Origin: an uncultured Planctomycetales bacterium | GTDB taxonomy: Bacteria; Omnitrophota; Gorgyraeia; Zapsychrales; GWA2-47-8 | Assembly (NCBI GenBank): GCA_964359575.1 | Contig: CAYHTV010000001.1 | Span: 5,547-69,546 of the forward strand | Reading direction: 5' to 3' | DNA length: 64,000 nucleotides | Shown here: positions 10,881 through 20,734 of the stretch, one piece after another | How positions within the stretch are numbered: the first letter of the stretch is position 1 | Layout: every line of letters starts with the position of its first letter | Notes under the pieces: model-generated | The model's database searches: none | What the model saw: the letters and a program-made list of their open reading frames with translations, nothing else | What the model was told of the DNA's origin: nothing | Program-made: the position numbers and the translations under genes

Positions 10881-10894
10881 ATCATCGTTTGTAT

Positions 10895-10998
10895 TATGGG
10901 CCTTTGTACAACTAAAGAAAAAAATTTGGATTTATCATTGAGGAGACAAAGGCCAATATTGACTACCTCAATTCTTTTGGTTCTACAAAGGTCAATAA
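10895..10998 (-). mobile_element. MITE-like repeat family 1, copy 2 (reverse orientation)
   Basis: Reverse complement of the copy-1 sequence; lies between the glgC stop and the fabV RBS. Confidence 0.8.
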
Positions 10999-11016
10999 TA
11001 TAAAAAAGGGAACCTT

Positions 11017-12198
11017 ATGATTATTCAACCAAAAATTCGCGGATTTATTTGCACCACCGCCCACCCCGCCGGATGCGCGGCCAATGTGCAGAAGCAAATC
11101 GATTATGTTAAAGGCCAAGGACCTATTAAAAACGGCCCTACAAAAATTTTAGTGATCGGATCTTCCAACGGCTATGGTTTGGCCTCCCGAATTGTGGCGG
11201 CTTTTGGCTGCCAGGCCGCAACGGTTGGTGTTTTTTTTGAAAAAGAAGCGGAAGAAAAAAGGACAGCCACGGCAGGCTGGTACAATTCTATTGCTTTTGA
11301 TCGAGCCGCGAAAAAGGAAGGGCTGTATACCAAAAACTTCAATGGGGACGCGTTTTCCGATGAGATGAAAAAACAAGTTGTTGAAACAATTAAAAGGGAT
11401 TTGGGATCGGTGGATATGATCATGTACAGCCTGGCCGCTCCCCGACGGACACACCCGAAAACCGGAGGGATTGCGAAATCCGTGCTTAAACCCAAAGCTA
11501 TACCGTATACCAATAAATCTTTAGATTTTGATACGGATAAGCTTATTATGGTCACTTTGCAGCCAGCGAGCGAAGAGGAGATTCGCCAGACGGTTTCAGT
11601 CATGGGCGGGGAAGACTGGGAGATGTGGATTGATGGCCTGGATCAAGCAGGATGTTTAGCCAAAGGATGCATGACGGTTGCCTACTCTTATATTGGGCCG
11701 GACATTACAACCGCGGTTTATCGCAACGGAACGATTGGCGCGGCTAAGGATCACCTGGAAGCTACCGCGAAAAAATTGGATCAGCGGTTTAAAAAGATCG
11801 GCGGAAGGGCTTTTGTTTCCGTTAACAAGGCCTTAGTAACTCAATCCAGTTCCGCGATTCCATTTATCCCGTTATATTTTACAATTTTATCAAAAGTGCT
11901 TCGTGCCAAAGGAATCTACGAGGACTGCGTGCAGCAAATTTACCGTCTCTTTTCGCAGCGGCTTTATAACGGGCAGGGAATTCCGGTTGATGAAAAAGGC
12001 CGCATCCGCATCGATGATTTGGAAATGCGCGAAGATGTCCAGGAGGAAGTTAAAAAACTTTGGCAGCAGATCACGGAAGAAAATATTTCTCAAATAGCCG
12101 ATGTCAAAGGCTATCACGAAGATTTTTTAAAACTTTTTGGTTTTAGAGTTAAGGGTGTCGATTATCAAGCGGATGTTGACGCAGATATAAAGTTTTAG
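11017..12198 (+). CDS. fabV: Enoyl-[acyl-carrier-protein] reductase FabV (trans-2-enoyl-CoA reductase family)
   Basis: MIIQPKIRGFICTTAHPAGC N-terminus and GSSNGYGLASRI, characteristic of FabV/TER; 393 aa. Confidence 0.9.
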   Translation: MIIQPKIRGFICTTAHPAGCAANVQKQIDYVKGQGPIKNGPTKILVIGSSNGYGLASRIVAAFGCQAATVGVFFEKEAEEKRTATAGWYNSIAFDRAAKKEGLYTKNFNGDAFSDEMKKQVVETIKRDLGSVDMIMYSLAAPRRTHPKTGGIAKSVLKPKAIPYTNKSLDFDTDKLIMVTLQPASEEEIRQTVSVMGGEDWEMWIDGLDQAGCLAKGCMTVAYSYIGPDITTAVYRNGTIGAAKDHLEATAKKLDQRFKKIGGRAFVSVNKALVTQSSSAIPFIPLYFTILSKVLRAKGIYEDCVQQIYRLFSQRLYNGQGIPVDEKGRIRIDDLEMREDVQEEVKKLWQQITEENISQIADVKGYHEDFLKLFGFRVKGVDYQADVDADIKF

Positions 12199-12416
12199 CC
12201 TCCTCGCAGTTTTCTTGAATCCATAAAACCCAAATCAGTTAGCACTGTATTCCCTTTTTTACAGAATGTCATTTTATGTTAATAAGTGCGCATATATGCG
12301 GATTTATTGTGTTATGTGTATTAAATGTCAATAAAATAGATAATATAGTATAAAAAGTTAGAATTCCAAAGAAATTGTTGACATCTGTTTATATTTATAA
12401 TAAATTGACAATTGCT

Positions 12417-12523
12417 ATTATTGACCTTTGTAGAACCAAAAGAATTGAGGTAGTCAATATTGGCCTTTGTCTCCTCAATGATAAATCCAAATTTTTTTCT
12501 TTAGTTGTACAAAGGCCCATAAA
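12417..12523 (+). mobile_element. MITE-like repeat family 1, copy 3
   Basis: Same ~104-bp sequence, inside an AT-rich intergenic region. Confidence 0.8.
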
Positions 12524-12578
12524 TGTCTTCAAATCATTGAAAAAATATATGGTTGTGATATTTAGCAGTTAAAATTTT

Positions 12579-12761
12579 ATGCCATACGAAAATTTGCTAA
12601 CAATTGAGGAAGTGGCAAAATATCTCCGCGTGAAAAAGCGGACGATTTACGACTGGGTAAAAAAAGGAAAAATTCCAGCTATTAAAGCGGTCGGACAGTG
12701 GCGGTTTAAACGGGAAACAATCGATGCGTGGCTGGAGAGTATGAAAGAGAGTGTGAAATAA
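12579..12761 (+). CDS. Helix-turn-helix DNA-binding protein, excisionase (Xis/MerR-like) family
   Basis: 60 aa; LTIEEVAKYLRVKKRTIYDWVKKGKIPAIKAVGQWRF matches the excisionase-family HTH signature. Confidence 0.7.
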   Translation: MPYENLLTIEEVAKYLRVKKRTIYDWVKKGKIPAIKAVGQWRFKRETIDAWLESMKESVK

Positions 12762-12772
12762 GGAGGATAAAA

Positions 12773-13033
12773 ATGGCAATAGTAGATATTAATAATGTTG
12801 AAAAGGATATGCGCGAGCTTATCGCGGAAATTTTGGAAGGTGAGCCTTCCGATATCAAAGGGGAGGCCAATTTCGTGAAAGATCTTGGCATGGATTCGAT
12901 GATGGCTTTGGAAGTTTTGGCCGGCATTGAAAAAAAGTATCGTATTGTTATTCCTGAGGATCTGTTACCAAAATTTACCGATTTGAATGCCACGGTCACG
13001 ATCGTAAAAAAATTATTGGCTAATAAGAAATAA
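12773..13033 (+). CDS. Acyl carrier protein
   Basis: The track ORF starts at 12728; trimmed to the ATG at 12773, which is preceded by an AGGAGGA RBS; DLGMDSMMALEVL phosphopantetheine-attachment motif; 86 aa. Confidence 0.8.
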   Translation: MAIVDINNVEKDMRELIAEILEGEPSDIKGEANFVKDLGMDSMMALEVLAGIEKKYRIVIPEDLLPKFTDLNATVTIVKKLLANKK

Positions 13034-13087
13034 ATTTTAATAACTCTCCATTCGCAAGCACAGTAAAGAAAAAGGGAGGAGCGACGA

Positions 13088-16000
13088 ATGTATTTTAAAC
13101 GGCTGGAGATCTTTGGTTTCAAATCATTCGCGGATAAAACAACTCTTAATTTTGAGCCGGGGATCACCGCCATCGTGGGGCCTAATGGATGCGGCAAGAG
13201 CAATGTCTTTGATTCGATCCGCTGGGTTTTAGGAGAACAAAGCGTCAAAGAATTGCGCGGTTCGACGATGGAGGATGTTATTTTTAATGGGACCGATAAA
13301 AAACCTGCCCTGGGATTTGCCGAGGTCAGCCTCACCTTTTCCAATGAAGCGAAAATGTTGCCCATCGAATACGATGAAGTCACGGTGACCCGGCGGCTTT
13401 TCCGTTCGGGAGAAAGCGAATATCTCCTCAATAAAAGTGTCGTGCGTCTGCGCGACATTCAGGAGTTATTTATGGGAACGGGAGTCGGCGCAGAGGCTTA
13501 TTCGCTCGTCCAGCAGGGAAAAGTGGATCTGGTGGTGAGCGCGCGCCCTGAGGACCGCCGCATGATTTTGGACGAGGCCTCCGGCATCACCAAATATAAA
13601 TCCAAGAAAAAAGAGGCCTTGAACCGGCTCAAAGATACCGAAAATAATTTATTGCGCATCAATGACATTATTATCGAAGTCAAGCGGCAGATTGCCTCCA
13701 TTGAACGCCAGGCGACCAAGGCGAGAAAATATAAAGAAGAATTTCAGAAGTTGCAGAGTTTAGAAGTTCAATTGGCCCGGCACCAGTTGAAAAGGAACGC
13801 AGATGAGAAGAGCCAACTGCAGAATCAATTGAATGAGCTGCGCGAGCAAGAGTCGCGGTTGAGCCAAGAATTAACGGAAAATGGCAGTCTTTTAGAGAGC
13901 CAAGGACAATTGCTCAGCGACTTAGAGCAGAAGATCAATGAGCTTCATAGTGAAGATATTAAACTGGAAAGTCAACTGGATATCAATAACCGCCAAATTG
14001 GTTTTAATGAAGAGCGTATTGCGAACTTAACGGATACAGAAGTTCGCCTGGTCGAAAAGAAAACTCAGCTTCTGGAGCGCTGCCGTAAAGAGCAGGAGCG
14101 CATTGAAGAATTAAAGCAGGGTCTGGTGAGGCTAAGCGGCGAGCTGCAAGAAAAGGTGCAAGCCTTGCGCACAAGAAAAGAAAATTTAAATAGCATTACC
14201 ATTTCTGTTGCGGAGGCGCAGAGATCTATCCTCCAGTATGAAGAGAACATTCTCAACGTTACTTCAAAACAGGTGAGTATTAGAAATGAACTCACCGAAG
14301 TGATGAAAGAAATTCAAGGCTGCCTGGCCCGTAACCGCCGTTTGGAATTGGAAAATACCAAAGTTTCTTCAGAAAAACAAGAAGTGGATGAAAAATTACA
14401 GGCGATTTCGCAGCAGCTTCAGAAGGCCTTAGAAATATTGACCGGCCTGAGGGTCGAACAGGAAAACAATAATCAGATTTTAAATGATCTCAACGGCCAG
14501 TTGGGAATCTTGGAGCAGGACATCAACAGTTTGGAAAAAAATAAATTTTCGCTCGAATCGCAAAGGGAATTTATTGAAAAACTGCAAGTGCAATACAAAG
14601 ATATCCCCGATCCGATTATTGAGGGGCGGCTTATCACTTCCACACCGCCTTCAGAAAAGCATACCGGGATTATTGGAAAAGTTAAAGATGTGGTGGAGCT
14701 TGACCCGCAGCGGGCGGAGGTCATTCGTAACAGTTTTCAGGACTCAAATCGGGAGCATCTTTTTGAAGTCTATTGCGAAGCGAAATTTATTGAGCTGGAT
14801 CCCCAGCAGATTATCGACCGGATTCAACGGATACATGAAGAAATTGTCTTAAAACAAGAGCAGCGCCGAGAATGGGTAGCCAAGATCGAAGAACAAAAGT
14901 CCCGCAATGACGAGATCGATAAGGCCATATATGATGAAGAAAAAGTCATCTCAATCCTGGAATCGCAGAAAAAAGACATTCTGGATGATATGAACAAATT
15001 GCTCAATGAGCTGGAGTTGGTCGATAGCGAGCTCGGCGAAGTCAGGGAATCCTTAAATCACTTGAAAAAGAAAGAAGAAGAGTTAATCTTCCATTTTGAT
15101 ACTTTGGCGCAGGATTTGACATCTTACCAGAATAATATTAAAGAACGTCAGAATTTTATCAGTTTTAAGCGCCAGCAGAAGGAAGAGGTTACGGTGGCGA
15201 TTGCGCAACTAGAGACGGAAGTGGAATCGGGACGGGAAAAACAAAAAGCCCAATTGGAAAATTTAAATCTTTTCGAGCAAGGCCTTGATCAGGAGTTAGG
15301 AGAGATTAAGAAATTTGATGATGAACAGGCCGAGTACTTGCAGAAACGGGAACAGTTTCAAAATGAAATTGTTCAGCTGCAAGAAACCATTGAGCGGCTC
15401 AAAGATCAGAAGCAGTCTTTGAAAAATATTCTTATTGAGCAGGAACGTGAGAAGGCGGAAGTTCTTCAACGGCTCAATGGCTTCCGGGCGCATATGGCTT
15501 CACTGGAAGAGGAGATCATTGAAATTAAGCAAGCCTTGCATAGCCAAGAAATGAAGGAGCAGGAAATTTCCTTCAATGAAAGGGGGATTAAAGACCGCTT
15601 AGTACAGGCTTATCGGATTAATCTGGATGAGATGGCGGAGGATGCCTTGCCAGCGCCTGTTGGGGAGATTCCCGTTGGCTCGGATGAATTTATCGGTCAA
15701 GTTGAGCGTCTGAAAAAGCGCTGTGAGTCTTTTGGCTCGGTGAATTTGGTCGCGATTGAAGAATTTGAAGAATTAAAACAGCGGTTTGAGTTTTTAACCA
15801 AGCAGCAAAGCGATCTTTTGGAAGCGAAGGATTCGCTGCATAAAACTATCACGCAGATCAACCGTAAGACCCGTCAGATGTTTATGGAGACCTTCACCCG
15901 GGTCAGCGAAGAATTTAGGATTTATTTCCGGATGCTTTTTGGGGGAGGGGAAGCCCAGTTGGTTTTGTTAGATCAAGAAAATGTTTTAGAATCAGGTATT

Positions 16001-16369
16001 GAGATTGTGGCCCGTCCCCCCGGGAAGAAATTACAGAATATCAGCCTTCTCTCCGGCGGGGAAAAATCTTTAACCGCCATCGCGCTTATCTTCGGAGTTT
16101 TTAAGGTGCGCCCCAGTCCATTTTGCATTCTCGATGAAATCGATGCGGCTTTGGACGAATCTAACGTGGGCCGCTTCAGTTATCTGCTCAAAGACTTTGC
16201 GAAGATCGCCCAATTTATCATTATTACCCACAATAAACGCACCATCGCCAGTTCGGATGTGATGTATGGCATCACCATGCAAGAGACAGGGGTTTCTAGT
16301 ATTGTCTCGGTAAAATTTTCAGAAGAAGAGAAGAATAAGAATCAGGAAGAAGTTGCGGCGGGCGTTTAA
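13088..16369 (+). CDS. smc: Chromosome segregation protein SMC
   Basis: N-terminal Walker A (GPNGCGKSN), long coiled coils, hinge, and a C-terminal signature/Walker B region (LSGGEKSLTAIALIFG...ILDEIDAALD); 1093 aa. Confidence 0.95.
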   Translation: MYFKRLEIFGFKSFADKTTLNFEPGITAIVGPNGCGKSNVFDSIRWVLGEQSVKELRGSTMEDVIFNGTDKKPALGFAEVSLTFSNEAKMLPIEYDEVTVTRRLFRSGESEYLLNKSVVRLRDIQELFMGTGVGAEAYSLVQQGKVDLVVSARPEDRRMILDEASGITKYKSKKKEALNRLKDTENNLLRINDIIIEVKRQIASIERQATKARKYKEEFQKLQSLEVQLARHQLKRNADEKSQLQNQLNELREQESRLSQELTENGSLLESQGQLLSDLEQKINELHSEDIKLESQLDINNRQIGFNEERIANLTDTEVRLVEKKTQLLERCRKEQERIEELKQGLVRLSGELQEKVQALRTRKENLNSITISVAEAQRSILQYEENILNVTSKQVSIRNELTEVMKEIQGCLARNRRLELENTKVSSEKQEVDEKLQAISQQLQKALEILTGLRVEQENNNQILNDLNGQLGILEQDINSLEKNKFSLESQREFIEKLQVQYKDIPDPIIEGRLITSTPPSEKHTGIIGKVKDVVELDPQRAEVIRNSFQDSNREHLFEVYCEAKFIELDPQQIIDRIQRIHEEIVLKQEQRREWVAKIEEQKSRNDEIDKAIYDEEKVISILESQKKDILDDMNKLLNELELVDSELGEVRESLNHLKKKEEELIFHFDTLAQDLTSYQNNIKERQNFISFKRQQKEEVTVAIAQLETEVESGREKQKAQLENLNLFEQGLDQELGEIKKFDDEQAEYLQKREQFQNEIVQLQETIERLKDQKQSLKNILIEQEREKAEVLQRLNGFRAHMASLEEEIIEIKQALHSQEMKEQEISFNERGIKDRLVQAYRINLDEMAEDALPAPVGEIPVGSDEFIGQVERLKKRCESFGSVNLVAIEEFEELKQRFEFLTKQQSDLLEAKDSLHKTITQINRKTRQMFMETFTRVSEEFRIYFRMLFGGGEAQLVLLDQENVLESGIEIVARPPGKKLQNISLLSGGEKSLTAIALIFGVFKVRPSPFCILDEIDAALDESNVGRFSYLLKDFAKIAQFIIITHNKRTIASSDVMYGITMQETGVSSIVSVKFSEEEKNKNQEEVAAGV

Positions 16370-16375
16370 ATCATC

Positions 16376-16479
16376 TATTGACCTTTGTAGAACCAAAAGA
16401 ATTGAGGTAGTCAATATTGGCCTTTGTCTCCTCAATGATAAATCCAAATTTTTTTCTTTAGTTGTACAAAGGCCCATAA
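16376..16479 (+). mobile_element. MITE-like repeat family 1, copy 4
   Basis: Sits between the convergent stops of smc and the GGDEF gene. Confidence 0.8.
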
Positions 16480-16494
16480 GATTTCCAGCTGAGA

Positions 16495-17700
16495 TTAAAT
16501 CTTTTCCTTGTCAGTCACGCAGGTTTGATTCTTTCCGGCAAATTTGGCAATGTACATGGTCTTGTCGGCCTTGGCAATCAACTCTTCCTTGCTCTGGGCA
16601 TCATCGGGGAAAGTGGCTAAGCCAATGCTGACTGTAATATTCAAATTTTGATTCAAATGAAATTTAGAAAAATCGTGATGCGCAATTTCTTCACGCATCC
16701 GTTCGGCGATGTCAAAACCTTGCTCTTTGCTGGTTTGAGTGAGAACAATCGAAAATTCCTCTCCGCCGTAGCGGCAAACGAAATCCCGATCGCGGGATGA
16801 TTTTTTCAATAATGTGGCTAATTCACGCAAGAGGATGTCCCCGTTTTGGTGGCCGTAGGTATCATTGAATTTTTTAAAATTATCGATGTCGATCATCAGT
16901 AAAGTCAATTTTTCGCTGCTCTTTTGGGTCTTTTCCATTTCTTCGGAAAGAATGTGCTGAAAGAATCCGTGATTCCAGACTTGCGTGATGGAATCGGTGT
17001 GGCTTTTTTGGACAACCATTTCATAGAGCTGCGAATTTTCGATGGCAAGTCCTGCCTGGTTGGCTAACATGACAAAAATTTTGACGTCTTGCGGTGTAAT
17101 CGGCTTCTGGGTAAATAAGTTGTCAGCCACAATGAGACCGATGATTTTTTCCTTCCCCTTAAGCGGAGCGACAATCAATTCACTGCTATGAAAAGTTTGC
17201 AGGAGAGGGGAATTGCGGTATGGATCGAGTTCCGGCCCGCGCAGCAGTAAAGGGGTTCCTTTATGAAATGCCATGGCGAGTAAACTGCCGTCACTGGCAT
17301 AAAGCGGAATTTTTAAATTTTTGACGGCCTCATAAAGCGTGGACGAATTTTGTATCAGAGACAATTTGTCAGCGGCGATGAGATCTTCAAGCTTTTGATC
17401 TGACTCTTTGATATAGGTCCAAATTTGATCAGCGTGTTCTCCCGATGCTGGGCCGATGGCCATTTTGGTTTCCAGGCACCTTTCGTGTTTATTGACCAAG
17501 AAAAGAATGGCCCGGTTAAAGCCTAATCCCTCATGAGAGGTCACGCCGGTTAGAATGATGTACATGATATGGTTAAGCTCGAGCGTGGTGCGCATCGCAT
17601 TGCTGATGTCATAAAGGACGGAGAGTTCTTTCTGCGCTTGGTCAAGCTGGCCTTTAAGGCTTTCCATATCTCTGGCTATTGGTTTATCCATGATTTCCAT
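16495..17700 (-). CDS. GAF domain-containing diguanylate cyclase (GGDEF)
   Basis: N-terminal GAF-like region and a C-terminal GGDEF domain (RYGGEEF active-site motif, IDIDNFKKFND). Confidence 0.85.
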   Translation of the reverse strand: MEIMDKPIARDMESLKGQLDQAQKELSVLYDISNAMRTTLELNHIMYIILTGVTSHEGLGFNRAILFLVNKHERCLETKMAIGPASGEHADQIWTYIKESDQKLEDLIAADKLSLIQNSSTLYEAVKNLKIPLYASDGSLLAMAFHKGTPLLLRGPELDPYRNSPLLQTFHSSELIVAPLKGKEKIIGLIVADNLFTQKPITPQDVKIFVMLANQAGLAIENSQLYEMVVQKSHTDSITQVWNHGFFQHILSEEMEKTQKSSEKLTLLMIDIDNFKKFNDTYGHQNGDILLRELATLLKKSSRDRDFVCRYGGEEFSIVLTQTSKEQGFDIAERMREEIAHHDFSKFHLNQNLNITVSIGLATFPDDAQSKEELIAKADKTMYIAKFAGKNQTCVTDKEKI

Positions 17701-17943
17701 AGGTTTTTTGTATTCAATATTTTAACTTATAATTAAGAAATTTATTACTAAAAATAATATTTTTTTGTGACCGCACATACATATCAAAATGGGTAGTTAA
17801 TTATTAGTGCTTTGGAAAGATACCATTTTTCGTTTGCGTTGTCAAGGTCGTGGGCTGTTGCCCCTGGGGAGTAAATATCATAAGGCAATAATTATCAACA
17901 GCTTACAGTCGTTTTAAAGGCGATGTTTCATGTAAGCGTTTTC

Positions 17944-17973
17944 TTGACATTAAACAAGGCTGTATGTTATACT
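17944..17973 (+). promoter_or_regulatory. Candidate sigma-70 promoter for cvpA (TTGACA-18 nt-TATACT)
   Basis: -35 TTGACA at 17944-17949 and -10 TATACT at 17968-17973. Confidence 0.35.
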
Positions 17974-17999
17974 TGAGCACCTAAGGCAGAATTTTATCT

Positions 18000-18590
18000 A
18001 TGATTGATGACTTATTTGTCAATTTTAACTGGATTGACATTCTGATCGTTATTATTATTTTCAGAATTGTTTATTCTGGGATTAAGAGCAATATCCTGGT
18101 AGAGTTTTTGGCTTTACTTGGTGTTGTCATGGCAAATTTTGTGATACTCCACTACTACACACGCTTTTCTGACTTCTTGCATGAAAAGCTTTTTATGCCC
18201 AGGGGTGTACAGGATTTTTTTGCTTTTTTACTCATTTGGTTAACGGTGTATGTGATATTTAAGTTAATTATTAACGGTTGGATGCTGCTTATTAAAGCGC
18301 AGACCCATCCGGCAGTGGATCAGTGGGGAGGAGCTTCTCTTTCCTTTGTGCGCAGTTTGTTTGTGTGCGGTTTGATCTTCATGGTCTTTTTGGTCTCGGG
18401 GAATGAGTATTTTCAAAAAATTTCCAGGCAGTCTTTTTCCGGTTTTTATTTGTTGGATTTTTCGCCAAAAGTGTACCGGTATTGTTATGATAATGTGGTG
18501 GTTAAGTTTTTCCCTGATGAGCAGTTGAATGAACACGCATTTCAGGTATTAGCGCAAGCCCAAAAACAGAGTCACCAGAAGAAAAAGTAG
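18000..18590 (+). CDS. cvpA: CvpA family membrane protein
   Basis: N-terminal NWIDILIVIIIF... TM pattern typical of the colicin V production protein family; 196 aa. Confidence 0.55.
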   Translation: MIDDLFVNFNWIDILIVIIIFRIVYSGIKSNILVEFLALLGVVMANFVILHYYTRFSDFLHEKLFMPRGVQDFFAFLLIWLTVYVIFKLIINGWMLLIKAQTHPAVDQWGGASLSFVRSLFVCGLIFMVFLVSGNEYFQKISRQSFSGFYLLDFSPKVYRYCYDNVVVKFFPDEQLNEHAFQVLAQAQKQSHQKKK

Positions 18591-18627
18591 CATTCATACC
18601 GTTGCAGTGTTTACCCGCGCGCGACAC

Positions 18628-18730
18628 TATGGGCCTTTGTACAACTAAAGAAAAAAATTTGGATTTATCATTGAGGAGACAAAGGCCAATATTGACTACC
18701 TCAATTCTTTTGGTTCTACAAAGGTCAATA
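18628..18730 (-). mobile_element. MITE-like repeat family 1, copy 5 (reverse orientation)
   Basis: Immediately upstream of dnaG. Confidence 0.8.
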
Positions 18731-18744
18731 AGAAATTAATAGCC

Positions 18745-20523
18745 ATGGGAATGATTCCACAAGAAATTATCCGAGAGATCGTAGAGCGCGCCGATATCGT
18801 TACGACAGTGACTGCCTATATCCCGCTTAAACGGGCCGGGCGTAATTATAAGGCATTGTGCCCTTTTCATAATGAAAAGACGCCCTCGTTTGTGGTAAAT
18901 CCGGATAAGCAGATTTTTCATTGTTTTGGTTGCGGCGAAGGAGGAAATGCTATTACCTTTGTCATGAAACAAGAGCATTTGGATTTTCCGGAGGCGGTTC
19001 GCCGGATGGCCGAACGCGCGGGGATCACGATCCCTGAGCGAGAAACAGTCAATCCTCAAGTCAAGGATCGCAAGCAAGCTATCTCCCACGCGCATGAGCT
19101 GGCCGCGCAATTTTTTCATCACCATTTGATGGCCAGCCGGGATGACGCAGCCACACAGGCCAGAGATTATTTGAAGCAGCGCGCGGTAAGCTTGGAAATT
19201 GTTGAAAAGTTTAAGTTGGGTTTTGCGCCGGATCAGTGGGACAGCTTGTTAAATTTTTTGAGAAAGAAAGATATTAATGCCGGCCTCATGGAGAAGGCGG
19301 GGCTCATTATCGCACGCGAGAAGCAGGACGGCCATTATGACCGGTTCCGCAACCGTATTATGTTTCCGATCTTTGATGTTAAAGGGCAGTGTGTCGCGTT
19401 CGGCGGCCGGGCAATAAAAAAGGACGACGCGGCAAAATATATCAATTCGCCAGAGACCGAAATTTATGTGAAGGGCCAGCATTTATACGGCCTGCCGATA
19501 GCTAAGCAGGCGGTGGCGCAGGAAGACGCGGTTGTTGTTGTCGAAGGATATATGGATTTCATTATGCCGTATCAAGCGGGAGTGTCTAATGTGGTGGCCT
19601 CGCTGGGGACAGCCTTAACGGTTGAACAAATCCGGCTGCTCCGGCGCTATACCCGTAATATTATCATGCTGTATGATACGGATAAGGCAGGAGAGTCGGC
19701 TACGCTGCGCAGCCTTGATTTGCTCATTGAGGAGGGAATGAATGTTAAGGTCGCCACTTTGACTCAAGGTGATGATCCGGATTCCTTTGTCCGCAAATTT
19801 GGCGCAGCGGCTTTGCGCGAGCGAATTGAGAAAGCGCAGAGTTTATTTGATTATAAATTGGCGGCTTTAAAGCAGCATTTCGATAGCCGGACGGTGGAAG
19901 GCCGGGCGCAAATATCGGGTGAGATGCTCACCACGATCAATAAGTTTGAGAATGCCATTATCAAATCTGAGTATATGAAGCAATTAGCTCAGGCGTTAGC
20001 AATTTCTCAGGAAGCGTTGATCGCGCAGCTGCAGAAGATGCTTTCCAATTCGCGCCGTGAATCGAAAGAGCTGCCGCGGTCGAGAGTTATCAGTAAGGAA
20101 CCGCCGCGCCGGGTCGAAGAAAGCATCCTCAAATTGCTGATGGAAGGCGAAAATTTTGTCCAATTGACCAAAGAAGAAATTTATTTATCAGATTTTCGCG
20201 ATGAAAATATCCGCGCGATCATCAATGAAATTTTTAAATTGTTTGACGGCGGGAAGGAAATCAATCCCTTGGTGTTAATGAATAGCTTTGACGATCAGCG
20301 CATTCGTAATATCATTGCGGGTTTGACGGTCCACGAAGAAACCATGGTCGTTGATAAAAATAAAATGCACCGCGATTGCTTAGATCGGATTATTCACGAG
20401 CGCCTCAAATCGCAGCGTCAGGAACTGCTGGTGAAAATCCGTTCGGCCGAGGTCACCGGAAATCAGGATATTCTTAACCAGCTAAAAGAGCAGTATAACC
20501 AATTGATTAAAAATAGAGGTTAA
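18745..20523 (+). CDS. dnaG: DNA primase
   Basis: CHC2 zinc finger (CPFHNEKTPSFVVNPDKQIFHCFGCGEGGNAITF) and a TOPRIM domain; 592 aa. Confidence 0.95.
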   Translation: MGMIPQEIIREIVERADIVTTVTAYIPLKRAGRNYKALCPFHNEKTPSFVVNPDKQIFHCFGCGEGGNAITFVMKQEHLDFPEAVRRMAERAGITIPERETVNPQVKDRKQAISHAHELAAQFFHHHLMASRDDAATQARDYLKQRAVSLEIVEKFKLGFAPDQWDSLLNFLRKKDINAGLMEKAGLIIAREKQDGHYDRFRNRIMFPIFDVKGQCVAFGGRAIKKDDAAKYINSPETEIYVKGQHLYGLPIAKQAVAQEDAVVVVEGYMDFIMPYQAGVSNVVASLGTALTVEQIRLLRRYTRNIIMLYDTDKAGESATLRSLDLLIEEGMNVKVATLTQGDDPDSFVRKFGAAALRERIEKAQSLFDYKLAALKQHFDSRTVEGRAQISGEMLTTINKFENAIIKSEYMKQLAQALAISQEALIAQLQKMLSNSRRESKELPRSRVISKEPPRRVEESILKLLMEGENFVQLTKEEIYLSDFRDENIRAIINEIFKLFDGGKEINPLVLMNSFDDQRIRNIIAGLTVHEETMVVDKNKMHRDCLDRIIHERLKSQRQELLVKIRSAEVTGNQDILNQLKEQYNQLIKNRG

Positions 20524-20549
20524 AACTTTTTGGAATTTTTAATTTTTTT

Positions 20550-20682
20550 AGGAAAGCCATACAGCAAAGAAGTTACGACGCACTTACTTTTCTAAAAATT
20601 ATTAGAGGAAGTAAGTGCTGTACTGATTTCCTCTAAAATATTTAAGGGAAAATCAGTACGAACGAAGTGAGGAGTTTTCTTG
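20550..20682 (+). repeat. Structured repeat family 2, copy A (composite: AGGAAAGCCATACAGCAAAGAAG... two inserted hairpins ...GAACGAAGTGAGGAGTTTTCTTG)
   Basis: Shares its 5' module with copy D and the 3' module CGAACGAAGTGAGGAGTTTTCTTG with copies B, C and D; the inserted hairpins have CTAAAA(A)TATT loops. Confidence 0.7.
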
Positions 20683-20734
20683 ATTATGCCACGGCGTATT
20701 CATATATTTGTTAAAGCGCAAATGAAAGGGTCGT

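Noticed and set aside
11149-11603. Two minus-strand ORFs (101 and 143 aa) inside fabV
   Set aside because: Antisense to a high-confidence gene; no recognisable motif and compositionally odd.
12579-12761. Prophage or integrative element inferred from the excisionase-like HTH gene
   Set aside because: No integrase, no phage structural genes, and no att-like direct repeats are visible in the window; the neighbours are housekeeping genes.
12706-13458. 250-aa minus-strand ORF overlapping the ACP and smc genes
   Set aside because: It is antisense to two strongly supported genes, Ser/Leu/Arg-rich and low-complexity; a typical shadow ORF.
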